A stretch of DNA of 64,000 nucleotides from Candidatus Latescibacterota bacterium (GCA_965203805.1 OZ241917.1:1376001-1440000), one strand, 5' to 3'; counted from the stretch's first letter, positions 1-10,170 are shown. Made by a program: numbers and translations. The notes: generated by a model not told the origin, from the sequence alone.

Positions 1-1018
1 AGGCTTCATCGTCCGACTTGTCCCGCCGTTTGAGCGCCAGGCGCGCGCCGAGGCGCAGCGTTTCGAGCATATTGGCTTCGTCCGCGACGCCCTGCCCCGC
101 AATATCGAACGCCGTGCCGTGGTCCACGGACACCCGGACGATGGGCAGCCCCAGCGTCACGTTTACGGCGTCGTGAAATGCCACCAGCTTGACCGGCGCG
201 TGGCCCTGGTCGTGGTACATGGCCACCACGCCATCGAAACCGCCGTTGTACGCCTTCAGAAAAACCGTATCCGCGGGCAGCGGCCCGGAAACCCGCATCC
301 CCCCGGCATTCGCCTTCTGAACGGCCGGCCGGATCCGTTCAGCATCCTCCCGCCCCAGGACTCCCGCCTCTCCGGCGTGCGGATTCAGGCCGCACACGGC
401 AATGCGGGGATCCGGCCTGTCCATGTCCCCCAGGGCGCCGTGCAGCAGTCTGATCGTGTCGAAGACGCGCGTTTCCGTCACCTGTACCGGTACACGGCAC
501 AGCGCCAAGTGACCCGTGACGTGGGCCACGTTCAGGCGTTCGGACGCCAGCATCAATCGGACGTCCGGAACGCCGAGGTGATCCGCCAGCAGTTCCGTAT
601 GACCCGCGTAGCTGAACCCGGCCCTGTTCATCGCCTCCTTGTTCAGAGGCGCCGTTACGATCCCGCCGATCCGCCCCGCCACGGCCATGTCCACGGCTTC
701 AACCACCCATTTCACGGCTGCCCGGCCCGCCTCCGGACAGACCCGGCCCGTCTCAACCCGCGCGTGATCCAGGTCCACTGGCGCCCACAGATCGATCCGT
801 CCGAAGCGGTATCGCCCCTGTTCGGGCGCGTCGACCGCCCGGATCTCGAGCGTGCGCGAAGAATGCGCGAGGTTTGCGGCGAGAACATCCGGGTCGCCGA
901 CCACCAGCGGCCTGCAGAACGCATAGACCTCCGGGTGACTCAACGCCTTAACGATCACCTCCGGGCCGATGCCGCAGACGTCCCCCATCGTGATCCCCAG
1001 CAACGGTCGCGGTGTCAT
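1..1018 (-). CDS. pdxA: 4-hydroxythreonine-4-phosphate dehydrogenase PdxA family (could be the PdxA2 sugar-acid catabolic type); stop codon lies beyond the left edge
   Basis: Absent from the ORF track because it has no stop in the window. Manual translation from ATG 1018: MTPRPLLGITMGDVCGIGPEVIVKAL ... AMYHDQGHAPVK ... VNVTLGLPIVRVSVDHGTAFDIAGQG, the canonical PdxA motifs. Confidence 0.93.
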   Translation of the reverse strand, partial: MTPRPLLGITMGDVCGIGPEVIVKALSHPEVYAFCRPLVVGDPDVLAANLAHSSRTLEIRAVDAPEQGRYRFGRIDLWAPVDLDHARVETGRVCPEAGRAAVKWVVEAVDMAVAGRIGGIVTAPLNKEAMNRAGFSYAGHTELLADHLGVPDVRLMLASERLNVAHVTGHLALCRVPVQVTETRVFDTIRLLHGALGDMDRPDPRIAVCGLNPHAGEAGVLGREDAERIRPAVQKANAGGMRVSGPLPADTVFLKAYNGGFDGVVAMYHDQGHAPVKLVAFHDAVNVTLGLPIVRVSVDHGTAFDIAGQGVADEANMLETLRLGARLALKRRDKSDDEA

Positions 1019-1081
1019 TGTATCATCCTTCAGCGGCTCCGGGTCCCGACAACCGCACCCGGATTCAGCCCGCTGCGGCTG

Positions 1082-1945
1082 TTACCCTTTTTCGGGGCCC
1101 GAAGTCGCGTACACGTGCCGCGGCCGACCTCCGAAGGGTTCCCGGCCCAGGTACATCCGTGTGAAGCCGCGCTGCACGCAAAACCCGAACTCCTCGGCCA
1201 ACGCCTTGCCGTCCGGATTGACAAGCGGCACGTCGAAGAAGACCGGTTCGCCGACCAACCGGTCCAGCGCCCAGCAGAACAGAGCCCTGCCCGCCTGCTC
1301 GCGGGCCGCCACGAGCGGTCCGATCTGAAACGCGTTGCTGCCAGGCCTGACCATCACGTATCCCTCGATTCCGCCCCCATCCCCGGAAAAAACGCCGGAC
1401 AGGCCCCCTGAATCCCGATACAGATGCCTGAGCAGGTCATTCCGGCAGATGCCAAAGAGGGGGGTGTCGAAGGCAATTACGTCTGCCAGGTCCGCGCCGC
1501 GCATCGCCCGCACCGACGTCCACCGGCACGCCCGTCCGACCCCTTCCCGCCGCTCCAGCGCGTACTCGTCACGAAACCCGAGCGGCACGTACACGTTCCT
1601 CCCCAACGGCGTCGCGTCCAGTTTGATCGTGTCCACGCCACTGGCCTGGAGGTGCGCGATCCCGTGCCGCAACATCGCGGTACCGATTCCCTGACGCCGT
1701 CGCGCCGGCGGGACCAGCACCATCGCCACCCAGCCGCAGACCCCGCCGAACGTCACCGTCACAACCGTACCGGCGGGTTCGCTCCCGATCTCGGCCACGA
1801 AACAACCGTCGGGAGAAAGCGCGAGAAAACGCCGCCAGTCCTCCTCGACCTGGTTCCAGCCGGCCAACGTCTTGAACCGCATGCCGGTTGCAACGTCCGC
1901 CGCGGTCATCGTCCGGATGTGGAGGCTTTGCTCGATATTGGACAC
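1082..1945 (-). CDS. GNAT family N-acetyltransferase (two-domain, YitH-like)
   Basis: Acetyl-CoA motif VLVPPARRRQGIGTAML, LDATPLGRNVYVPLGF, C-terminal QIGPLVA. GTG start at 1945 chosen from an upstream GGAGG. Confidence 0.85.
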   Translation of the reverse strand: MSNIEQSLHIRTMTAADVATGMRFKTLAGWNQVEEDWRRFLALSPDGCFVAEIGSEPAGTVVTVTFGGVCGWVAMVLVPPARRRQGIGTAMLRHGIAHLQASGVDTIKLDATPLGRNVYVPLGFRDEYALERREGVGRACRWTSVRAMRGADLADVIAFDTPLFGICRNDLLRHLYRDSGGLSGVFSGDGGGIEGYVMVRPGSNAFQIGPLVAAREQAGRALFCWALDRLVGEPVFFDVPLVNPDGKALAEEFGFCVQRGFTRMYLGREPFGGRPRHVYATSGPEKG

Positions 1946-2025
1946 AGGCCCTCCGACGTTCTGCATCCGCCTGTGCCACGGGCGGCCGGCGGAACGTAAC
2001 GAGCGAACCACGGGCTACTCACCCG

Positions 2026-2056
2026 TTGACACGGCAATCCATACACTCCATATTAT
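2026..2056 (+). promoter_or_regulatory. possible sigma70-type promoter for the membrane protein gene
   Basis: TTGACA at 2026-2031 and TATTAT at 2051-2056 (19-nt spacer, suboptimal) in a divergent intergenic gap. Confidence 0.4.
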
Positions 2057-2164
2057 CGCCACTTCAGTCCCCGCCCGCAACGGCCGGAGCGTCGAATTCC
2101 GGACCTGAACCGTCCATAGCGCCTGGATTCTCACAACCCCGCGCAGGAGCCCGGACCCCACTCC

Positions 2165-4084
2165 ATGGCACAGATAGTCAGCCGCCGATCCGTCCTCATC
2201 GGCCTTGCGCTTACCATCGTCATCTGCCTCTTCGCGACTGACACCACCTACCGCCTGCGCGCCTCCCGCGTCTCCCTGGGCCACCTGCCCATGTCCCTCT
2301 GGCTTCCGTTCCTGCTCCTCTTCCTTGGCAACCGGATCCTGCAAATCCTCCGTCCCCGCTGGTCCCTGAACGCCGGGGAGCTCGGTCTCGTCCTCTGCAT
2401 GGGATTCATCGGGGGCGCGTTCCCCACGAAGAATATCGCGGGCCGCCTGGTCGCCGTCCTCGCAACGCCGTATTACAAGGCCACGCCCGAAAACCGTTGG
2501 GGTGAGTACGTCACGGAACACCTGCGACCCTGGTCGGTCCCGGGCAACCGCGACGGCGCCATCACCCACCTGTGGGAAGGACTGCCCAAGGGTCAGCCCG
2601 TTCCGTGGGAAGTCTGGGCGGCGCCTCTCTTCTGGTGGTTCACGCTGCTGTTCGCACTCTTCTTCGCCTGCCTCTGCATCGCCGTGATGCTCCGCAAACA
2701 GTGGGTGGAACACGAACGAATCGTCTTTCCCCTGGCGCGGCTGCCGCTGATGATGATCTCCGATCCCGGGTCGGGCGCGATCCCGCTATTCAACAACCGG
2801 CGGTTCTGGGCGGGATTCGGGATCGGCATATTCGTTCTGGCGTGGAACGTGCTCCCCAGATTCTCGCACCGCGTCCCCTATATTCCGCTCGGCCCCACGT
2901 TTTCGAGCGCCCTCTCCCTCGGGCACGACTTCCCGCCGCTGCAAATCAAGTTCAACTTCGTCGTGGCCGCGTTCGGCTATCTCACGAACCTGGAGGTGCT
3001 TCTATCCGTCTGGCTCTTCCATGTGCTTTCGCTCCTCGAGATCGGCCTGACCAACCGGCTTGGCATCGCCGTGAGCAGCGAATATCACGGGGGCGTTCTT
3101 CTCCAGCAGGCGGGGGGATTCACAGCCCTTGTGTTTCTGGGCCTGTTCATTGCGCGAAAGCACATCGCCGGCGTGTTCCGCAGCCTCTGGCGGCGGCAGC
3201 CGGGAATGGACGACCGGGACGAACTGCTGTCCTATCGCGCCGCGGTGGTCGGCCTGTTCCTGTCCCTCGCCTACGCCGTGGCCTGGCTCCACGCGCTGGG
3301 TATTTCCATCCTGGCTGTAACCGTCCAACTGGGCCTGCTTCTGGTCTTTTTCCTCGGCCTGTCGAAAATCGTGGCCGAAACCGGCCTGGTCTACATCGAA
3401 ACGCCGCAACGCACCCAAGCGCTGACGGCGGCCATACTGGGCACACAGGTACAGACCGCCGACCACGTAGGTATGGCCCTTTCGGCCAACGTCGTGGAGA
3501 GCCACAGGCAATACATCCTGCCTTCGCTGGTACATGTCGCCCGAATCCAGCACAGCTTCCGGTGGAGCCGATCCCGCGCCACCGCGGCGCTCTGCGCGGC
3601 CTTCGTCGTCGGTTTCGTCGCTTCTGTCGCCTACACCCTCAACCTGTGTTACAGCGCGACAGGCGCCGCGAATATCCGCCACGTTTACGTATTCGGCGGC
3701 TACGGCCTTCGCATGTTCAATCGCGTGGTCACGTGGGCCGGGGCTCCGCCCACCTTTACGGGTACGGAACTCGCATTCCTGGCGGCCGGCGTTCTGGGCA
3801 CCCTGCTCCTGGGAATGCTCCGGCTTCGCTTTCCCTGGTGGCCGCTCCACCCTGTCGGCTTCACCGTCGGATATGCATTCCCCGTAAGGGTAACGGCATT
3901 CACAGTCTTTCTCGTGTGGGCCTTCAAGTCCCTTGTGCTCCGGTTCGGCGGCATCGCGCTCTACCGGAGTTTCCAGCCGTTCTTTGTGGGTCTGCTGATG
4001 GGCTACACCCTCGGCGTGGGCATCTCCACACTCACCGATGCCATCTGGTTCCCCGGTGACGGTAAAATGGTACACACATGGTGA
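2165..4084 (+). CDS. polytopic membrane protein, DUF6785/DUF6784-like (putative transporter)
   Basis: 639 aa with many hydrophobic segments; family-typical motifs RKQWVEHERIVFPL, SKIVAETG, WWPLHPVGF, PFFVGLLMG. Confidence 0.75.
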   Translation: MAQIVSRRSVLIGLALTIVICLFATDTTYRLRASRVSLGHLPMSLWLPFLLLFLGNRILQILRPRWSLNAGELGLVLCMGFIGGAFPTKNIAGRLVAVLATPYYKATPENRWGEYVTEHLRPWSVPGNRDGAITHLWEGLPKGQPVPWEVWAAPLFWWFTLLFALFFACLCIAVMLRKQWVEHERIVFPLARLPLMMISDPGSGAIPLFNNRRFWAGFGIGIFVLAWNVLPRFSHRVPYIPLGPTFSSALSLGHDFPPLQIKFNFVVAAFGYLTNLEVLLSVWLFHVLSLLEIGLTNRLGIAVSSEYHGGVLLQQAGGFTALVFLGLFIARKHIAGVFRSLWRRQPGMDDRDELLSYRAAVVGLFLSLAYAVAWLHALGISILAVTVQLGLLLVFFLGLSKIVAETGLVYIETPQRTQALTAAILGTQVQTADHVGMALSANVVESHRQYILPSLVHVARIQHSFRWSRSRATAALCAAFVVGFVASVAYTLNLCYSATGAANIRHVYVFGGYGLRMFNRVVTWAGAPPTFTGTELAFLAAGVLGTLLLGMLRLRFPWWPLHPVGFTVGYAFPVRVTAFTVFLVWAFKSLVLRFGGIALYRSFQPFFVGLLMGYTLGVGISTLTDAIWFPGDGKMVHTW

Positions 4085-4100
4085 AACGCGCGGGACCGCT

Positions 4101-5123
4101 TCACGGCTTGCGCGGCAGGGACCGCACCCCCTCATCTCCGAACATGAACGAAAGCAGGGCGAAGCGCTTGCCGGTCGTCACCTCCGTGACCTCGTGCAGG
4201 TGCGAACAGGAAAACACCACCGCACCGCCGGCGCCGGGTTTGTAGAGATGGGGGCCGAATTCCGGAAACCGCAGGTGCCCGCCCGAGTACCGTTCGTTCA
4301 GGTTCAGCGTGAGCGCAAACCGCCGGTGCGCGGTCGATGGGCTCAGGTTGTCCCGGTGCGCGTGAAAAAACCCGCCGGACGCGGCGTCGTAGCAAGCTAT
4401 CTTGAACCCCTCAAACCGCGTGGCGCGGTACGCGAACGCCCGCTGCAACTCCGGAATCACCCTGCGGCCGATGGCGGACGAAAGCAACCTGACCAGCTTG
4501 TCATCCTCTACGGTATGGTCCCTGCGGCTCTTCTGTCCGGCGTCGATACGCGCTCCCCGTCCCGTACCCTTCGACTGCTCCACGCCGGTTTCCACGTTGC
4601 CTCTGTTTTCCCACACCCCCATCAGAAAATTGCAGATATCGGGATCCAGTACATTGGGAACCAGCAGTACGGGGGCCTGCGCGTCGACCACCCTGGGTTC
4701 GGTCTCGGCCCGCCTCGAATCCAGCACGTTTCTCACCTTGCGCGCCGCGTTGCGCGGGTCATCCAGCACGACCGACGCAAGCACGCGCAGATTCGGATCC
4801 AGCACGAATACGATGGATGCGGCTGGATCGCCGATCCGGTACGCGGAGCGGACCACGCCTTTCGCATCCACGAAAACCGGATGCGGAAACTGCGAATTTC
4901 GCGGCGGTTTGCAGGCCGAAACCGCAAGGACTTCCACGTCCCGTCGGTCCAGCGCGGCCGGGAAGCCCGCGAAGCGTTCATCCTCGCCAGGGGAAAAGAT
5001 CAGGACCGCGGGGGCGCCGCCCGCCTTTGAATAGAACCGTGACAGGGTCCCGTCGGGCGCAAGCGGAAGCACGAAGTCCGTGGCCCGCTCGCCTCGTTCC
5101 AGTCCCTGTGTCGGCGTCTTCAT
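4101..5123 (-). CDS. redoxin (AhpC/TSA)-like domain fused to 2OG-Fe(II) oxygenase
   Basis: N-terminal GERATDFVL...FVDAKGVVRSAY...FVLDPNLRV (thioredoxin-like); C-terminal HRD, GGHLRFPE, HLHEVTEVTTGKR (HxD...H iron triad plus Arg). Confidence 0.82.
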   Translation of the reverse strand: MKTPTQGLERGERATDFVLPLAPDGTLSRFYSKAGGAPAVLIFSPGEDERFAGFPAALDRRDVEVLAVSACKPPRNSQFPHPVFVDAKGVVRSAYRIGDPAASIVFVLDPNLRVLASVVLDDPRNAARKVRNVLDSRRAETEPRVVDAQAPVLLVPNVLDPDICNFLMGVWENRGNVETGVEQSKGTGRGARIDAGQKSRRDHTVEDDKLVRLLSSAIGRRVIPELQRAFAYRATRFEGFKIACYDAASGGFFHAHRDNLSPSTAHRRFALTLNLNERYSGGHLRFPEFGPHLYKPGAGGAVVFSCSHLHEVTEVTTGKRFALLSFMFGDEGVRSLPRKP

Positions 5124-5353
5124 GTCTCGGCTATCCGTTGCAATGGGGCAGGCAATTGATGAAACCGGTGTGTCCGGCGCCGCGTCCAACCCAGAACCGG
5201 GATCAACCGCCGGGAACTGCAAAAAGAGAGGGATTTCCGGCCTTTCGGATTCTCCGGGGGACAAAAGATACCCGCAGGGACGGGTACGTCAAAGCACAAA
5301 TGACCCCAGCGGGTGCGGGCGGCGGCGCCGGCTGCGGCCTCCTTTGAAATCCC

Positions 5354-5383
5354 TTGCAACAATCCGCATAACACGCCTATAAT
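5354..5383 (+). promoter_or_regulatory. sigma70-type promoter for the GT4-DUF445-LMF operon
   Basis: TTGCAA (5354-5359), 18 nt, perfect TATAAT (5378-5383). Confidence 0.65.
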
Positions 5384-5460
5384 GCGTCAGTTATTATGGG
5401 CACATCAGGCTTGACCCGGTCAGTCTTTCGGGGCTGCGCCCTGTCGTGAACGGACCATCG

Positions 5461-6549
5461 ATGATTCCCGGACCACGCATCCTCTTTATCGCCCGGCGGT
5501 ATCCGCCGTCGGTTGGCGGCATCCAGACCTACGCGGAGGAGCTCTACTCCAGACTTCGCCGGCGGTGCCCGGTGACGCTCATTGCTCTCGGCAGGGAGCC
5601 GCTCGTTCACCTGGCCTGGTTCATGCCCTACGCATTTTGCGCTGCCGTGTTTCACATACTCCGTCGCCGTCCCGACGTGATATTTTTTATGGACGGGGTT
5701 ACGGCCGCCCTGGCGCCGTTTCTGCGCCCCTTTACGCCGGCGCGGTTTGCGGTGACCGTCCACGGCACGGAATTGACGTTCCGCCGCGCGGTTTTCAGCC
5801 ACCTGATGCGGGCGGGCGCGCTGGCGTGCGACCGGACCGTTACAGTCAGCCGTACCACGGGTGCGCTTGCCGCCGGGATCGGCCTTCCGGCGGCCAGAAC
5901 GCGCGTTATCTATCAGGGCATTCAAGTCGCCATCCCGACCGACGCCGAGCATCGGCGGCTCAAAGACCGCTTTGAAAGGGCGCACGGCCTGAGCCTGGAA
6001 GAACACCCCGTTCTCCTGAACTACGGGCGCCAGGTCCGGCGGAAGGGCGTGGTCGACTTCATCGAAAACGGCGTCTTCCTGATGCGGGAGGATATCCGCC
6101 TGATCATCAGCGGCAGCGGCCCCATGCAGGATGGGATCCGGGCCGCCATTAAATCCCGGAATCTGGGAAGCCGAGTCTTCGCTCCGGGCCGATTGGACGA
6201 TGCGACGGTGGCGATGCTTCGCCGCGAGGCGCAACTCTTCCTGATGCCGAACATCCATCTTCGCCACGACGCGGAAGGGTTCGGCATTGCCCCGCTCGAG
6301 TGTCTGTATGCGGGGCTGCCCGTGGTCTATTTCAACGTGGACGCCCTGGGCGAAAGCCTGCGCGACGGCGGCTACGGTGTGCCGCCGGGCGATTATTCCG
6401 GCTTCGTCGATCGGATCCACCGGTACCTGGACCTCTCCCACGAAGACAAGGAACGGGAGCGCGCGCGCGTCCGGGCCTTTGTGCGGCGTGAGTATTCCTG
6501 GGAAAAGACCACGGCGGAATATCTGGATGTGTTTACCGGACATGCCTGA
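5461..6549 (+). CDS. glycosyltransferase family 4 (GT-B)
   Basis: YPPSVGGIQTY, GRQVRRKG, EGFGIAPLE (ExFG..xxE), YSWE. Confidence 0.9.
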   Translation: MIPGPRILFIARRYPPSVGGIQTYAEELYSRLRRRCPVTLIALGREPLVHLAWFMPYAFCAAVFHILRRRPDVIFFMDGVTAALAPFLRPFTPARFAVTVHGTELTFRRAVFSHLMRAGALACDRTVTVSRTTGALAAGIGLPAARTRVIYQGIQVAIPTDAEHRRLKDRFERAHGLSLEEHPVLLNYGRQVRRKGVVDFIENGVFLMREDIRLIISGSGPMQDGIRAAIKSRNLGSRVFAPGRLDDATVAMLRREAQLFLMPNIHLRHDAEGFGIAPLECLYAGLPVVYFNVDALGESLRDGGYGVPPGDYSGFVDRIHRYLDLSHEDKERERARVRAFVRREYSWEKTTAEYLDVFTGHA

Positions 6550-6606
6550 ACACCGGGATCGGACCCGAAGCGACGGCATCCCGTCAATTCTTATTCTGAG
6601 CCTTCA

Positions 6607-7320
6607 ATGAACAAAAGCCTGCTGACAAACCTCATATCGCTCGGGCTCATCGGCGCAGGTACGATCAGTCCGTTATATCGGGAACAGATCCTGACCGTCG
6701 GCCTGTTCGCGACATCGGGCGCGCTCACGAACTGGTTGGCCGTACACATGCTCTTCGAAAGAGTTCCCGGGCTGTACGGATCCGGTGTGGTGCCCGCGCG
6801 CTTCGGAGAATTCAAAGCCGGGATTCGAAAGCTCATCATGGAGCAGTTCTTCACGCGCGAGAAGGTGGAAGAGTTCCTCGCCATGGAATCCCCGCACGAC
6901 ACCGAGCCCTTCAACCCGGACCCGGTTGTCGACGCCGTTGATTACGATCGCATCTATGCCGGTTTCGTCGACGTCGTCCTCGCCTCGCCATTTGGCGGCA
7001 TGCTCGGCATCGTGGGCGGCGCCAGAGCGCTTGAACCGCTGCGGGACCCCTTCAAGACCAAGATGAAGGAGGAACTCCGCGATATGCTGCTCTCCCGCAC
7101 TTTCAGAGACGCCATCATCGACGGACTGCAAAGCGCTCACGCCGGCGAAGCCCTGGTGGCCAGGGCGGACACGATCGTGACCCGCCGGCTGGAGGAACTC
7201 ACACCCGAAATGGTCAAGCGGATCGTTCAGGATATGATCCGCGAACACCTTGGCTGGCTTGTGGTCTGGGGCGGCGTTTTCGGCGGTTTCCTCGGACTCG
7301 CGGCCAGTTTCGTCCGGTAG
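6607..7320 (+). CDS. DUF445 family membrane protein
   Basis: GALTNWLAVHMLFERVPGLYGSGVVP and C-terminal HLGWLVVWGGVFGGFLG. Confidence 0.85.
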   Translation: MNKSLLTNLISLGLIGAGTISPLYREQILTVGLFATSGALTNWLAVHMLFERVPGLYGSGVVPARFGEFKAGIRKLIMEQFFTREKVEEFLAMESPHDTEPFNPDPVVDAVDYDRIYAGFVDVVLASPFGGMLGIVGGARALEPLRDPFKTKMKEELRDMLLSRTFRDAIIDGLQSAHAGEALVARADTIVTRRLEELTPEMVKRIVQDMIREHLGWLVVWGGVFGGFLGLAASFVR

Positions 7321-7326
7321 GATCCC

Positions 7327-9129
7327 ATGTTCGTGTACGACGGAAACTGCGGCTTCTGCGTACAATGGGTGGAACGCATTCGCGGCGCCGCCGGCGACGG
7401 GGTGGCGTTCGCGCCGTCGCAGGAGGTCGGCGGCCGGTTTCCACAGATCACTCCGGAGCAATTCGAAACCGCCGTCCAGTGGATCGGTCCGGACGGTGAA
7501 GTCTTCAGCGGCGCCGGAGCGGCATTGCGCGTGCTTGCGTTCACCGGGCCTGCGGGGAGGTTGTCTTGGTGGGCTTACCGGCGCCTGCCCCTGTTTGCCG
7601 CGTGCGCTGAAGCGTGTTACCGTCTGGTCGCCCGCAACCGGAAAACGGCGTCAACCGTCACCCGGTGGCTCTGGGGCCGGGACCTCAGCCGGCCCGGGTA
7701 CCGAACGTCCGCCGACCTGTTCCTGCGCGCCCTGGCCGTGATCTACCTGATTGCCTTCCTGTCATTCTGGGTGCAGGCGCACGGCCTCATCGGCGCCCAG
7801 GGCATCCTCCCGATCGATGAATCCATTCGACTGGCCGCGGAAAAGGGCAACCCGCTGCGGTTCCCCACCCTTTTCTGGTTCGATCAGAGCGACGCCTTCA
7901 TCCACGGCCTCTGCGGCGCGGGTACGCTGCTTGCAATCGTCGCAGCGCTCGTTCCCGTTTCCGCCCCGCTCTTCCTGCTGTTGTGGATCGGATACCTTTC
8001 CGTCGTCACGGGCGGCGGCCCCTTTCTGTCCTTTCAGTGGGATGTCCTTCTCCTGGAAGCCGGTCTGCTGGCCGTGTTTCTCGCGCCCTGGAAGCTCTCG
8101 CTGCGGCGGGACGCCCCCGAGCCCCCGCGACTCGTCGCGTGGCTCTATCGCTGGCTGCTGTTCCGGTTCATGTTCGCATCCGGCATCGTAAAGCTCACCA
8201 GCGGCGACGCGACCTGGCGCGACCTCAGCGCACTCACCTACCACTACCAGACACAGCCCCTTCCCAATCCGCTGGCGTGGTACGTGCACCATCTGCCGGA
8301 AAGCATCCACGTCGTTTCCGTAGCCGCGATGTTCACCGTCGAGCTGGCGGTTCCCTTCTTCATCTTCGCACCTCGACGCCTCCGGATTGCGGCCTGCGCG
8401 TTGCTTGCCGGCCTGCAGCTCGCTATCGCGCTCACGGGAAACTACACCTATTTCAACCTGCTCGCGGCGGCCCTCTGTCTCTGGCTGATCGACGACGCGT
8501 CGTGGCCGAAACGCCTGAGAGCGCCGCGTCCCGGCTCCAAACCGGGATCCCCGAGACTGCAGAGACTGGCGGCCGTTCCGCTTGCCGGTCTGATCGTGAC
8601 CCTGAGCCTCGTGTATCTCTACAGCTTCAGCCTGCGAATGAGACCCCGCTGGCCTGAACCCCTGATCGCGCTCAACAGGGCCGTGGCCCCATTCAACATG
8701 GTGAACAACTACGGCCTCTTCCAGCTGATGACCACCCGAAGGCCGGAAATCGTCATCGAAGGCAGCCGGGACGGCAGGACCTGGATGCCCTACGAATTTC
8801 GGTACAAACCCGGCGCACCGGACAGACGCCCCCTGGTTGCAGCGCCGCACCAGCCCCGTCTGGACTGGCAGATGTGGTTCGCCGCGCTCGGCCATTACCG
8901 GCAGAGTCCGTGGTTCGTCCACTTCTGTCTGCGACTGCTCGAAGGATCGCCGCCAGTGACCGACCTGCTTGCCCGGAATCCCTTTCCCGACGGCCCGCCG
9001 CGTTACCTGCGGGCGCAGCTGTACGACTATCGCTTCACAACCCCGGACGAAAAGAGCCGGTCCGGAGACTGGTGGAAGCGCACGTTTCTCAGGGCGTATC
9101 TACCGAAGATTCAGCTGAAACAGCCGTGA
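7327..9129 (+). CDS. DCC1-like thiol-disulfide oxidoreductase (DUF393) fused to lipase maturation factor (LMF) family protein
   Basis: N-terminal YDGNCGFC (DxxCxxC); LMF motifs FQWDVLLLEAG, WLLFRFMFASGIVKL, HYQTQPLPNP, TGNYTYFN, RPEIVIEGS, PHQPRLDWQMWFAAL. Confidence 0.9.
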   Translation: MFVYDGNCGFCVQWVERIRGAAGDGVAFAPSQEVGGRFPQITPEQFETAVQWIGPDGEVFSGAGAALRVLAFTGPAGRLSWWAYRRLPLFAACAEACYRLVARNRKTASTVTRWLWGRDLSRPGYRTSADLFLRALAVIYLIAFLSFWVQAHGLIGAQGILPIDESIRLAAEKGNPLRFPTLFWFDQSDAFIHGLCGAGTLLAIVAALVPVSAPLFLLLWIGYLSVVTGGGPFLSFQWDVLLLEAGLLAVFLAPWKLSLRRDAPEPPRLVAWLYRWLLFRFMFASGIVKLTSGDATWRDLSALTYHYQTQPLPNPLAWYVHHLPESIHVVSVAAMFTVELAVPFFIFAPRRLRIAACALLAGLQLAIALTGNYTYFNLLAAALCLWLIDDASWPKRLRAPRPGSKPGSPRLQRLAAVPLAGLIVTLSLVYLYSFSLRMRPRWPEPLIALNRAVAPFNMVNNYGLFQLMTTRRPEIVIEGSRDGRTWMPYEFRYKPGAPDRRPLVAAPHQPRLDWQMWFAALGHYRQSPWFVHFCLRLLEGSPPVTDLLARNPFPDGPPRYLRAQLYDYRFTTPDEKSRSGDWWKRTFLRAYLPKIQLKQP

Positions 9130-9168
9130 CGGCGCAAAGGGGGGTTTGGGTGGCGCCAATCCGATCGT

Positions 9169-10125
9169 TCAGTGCGCCAGCGCGTCTCTGACCACGTCCG
9201 CAATCCCGGGATAGAGACGCGGGGTTTCGAGATTGCACAACACGACGTGGCCGTCGACGTACCTGCCCGCGATCTCGAACTCCGCCCGTACCCGTTCGGG
9301 AGAACGCACCAGATACGGGTCCGAATAAAGGCCGATAAACGGTACGAACGTGTTGCGTTTCGGGACCTCGAGCCGCTTCATCTCCGCGGTCTCGAATGCC
9401 ACCCGCTCCAGGCTCCAGTGCGGAGGATAGAACCAGGAAATCGTCTGCGTACAATAGTCCAGTCGCAGCCGGTTTCCGTAATATTCGTTGGGATAGAACG
9501 GCGGCCAGACGTGGTTGGTCACAATCGCGTTCGGTTTGATGGCCTTTGCGTGTTCGTACAGGACATCGGAAACCGCTAACAGGCTCTCTTCCGACATTCT
9601 CGCGAGCATTTCGGGTTCGTGCGCTCCGGGACGTTCCGCGGCCATCGACTTCCGGATGGCCGCGCATCGATCGCAGAAACACGCATAGTGGTTCCTGAAA
9701 CCGAACCCGTCGAACGCAACGCCGTCCGCGAGTTCGAGCGCCCTGCTTACCCGCTCCTTCAGAAACGATCTTGAAGCCTCGTGCTCGAAGCAGAGCGTCG
9801 GGCCGTCCTGAACGATGGAGAACCACCGGTGCGACAGGAGCTGGAAATTGGCCGGCGTGCCCTCGTGCCCCGTGCGGGCGATTTCATCCTCGGCGGGCAG
9901 CAACCGTTGCAGACACTCCGGATGCGCGATTGCGAACGCGTCTGAAGGCCTGGCGTACACGATGGCGACGATCTTCACGTCCAATTCGGCGCCGCGTCGC
10001 ACCATCGCCTCGGACGGATCCCGCACGATCAGGGTATCGAAGCCCAGCTCGCCCGCGAATTCCACGATCTCCCGCTGCTGCGTTTCGGTCTCCACCGGCA
10101 GATGCCAGTCCCACGCCGCCTTCAT
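9169..10125 (-). CDS. hypothetical protein, probable glycoside-hydrolase-like TIM barrel with CxCxxC motif
   Basis: AGELGFDTLIV, LCF, DGVAFDGFGF, ACFCDRC resemble GHL/GH42-like barrels. Start taken at MKAAWDW. Confidence 0.5.
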   Translation of the reverse strand: MKAAWDWHLPVETETQQREIVEFAGELGFDTLIVRDPSEAMVRRGAELDVKIVAIVYARPSDAFAIAHPECLQRLLPAEDEIARTGHEGTPANFQLLSHRWFSIVQDGPTLCFEHEASRSFLKERVSRALELADGVAFDGFGFRNHYACFCDRCAAIRKSMAAERPGAHEPEMLARMSEESLLAVSDVLYEHAKAIKPNAIVTNHVWPPFYPNEYYGNRLRLDYCTQTISWFYPPHWSLERVAFETAEMKRLEVPKRNTFVPFIGLYSDPYLVRSPERVRAEFEIAGRYVDGHVVLCNLETPRLYPGIADVVRDALAH

Positions 10126-10170
10126 GACTTCACTCCCCGCCCTTTTCTTAGTCGCGCCTTCGTTGTATTT

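Noticed and set aside
119-1411. 430-aa plus-strand ORF
   Set aside because: Antisense shadow of pdxA and the GNAT gene, which carry clear motifs on the minus strand.
5396-5445. riboswitch in the GT4 leader
   Set aside because: Weak GC-rich pairing only; no recognisable aptamer consensus.
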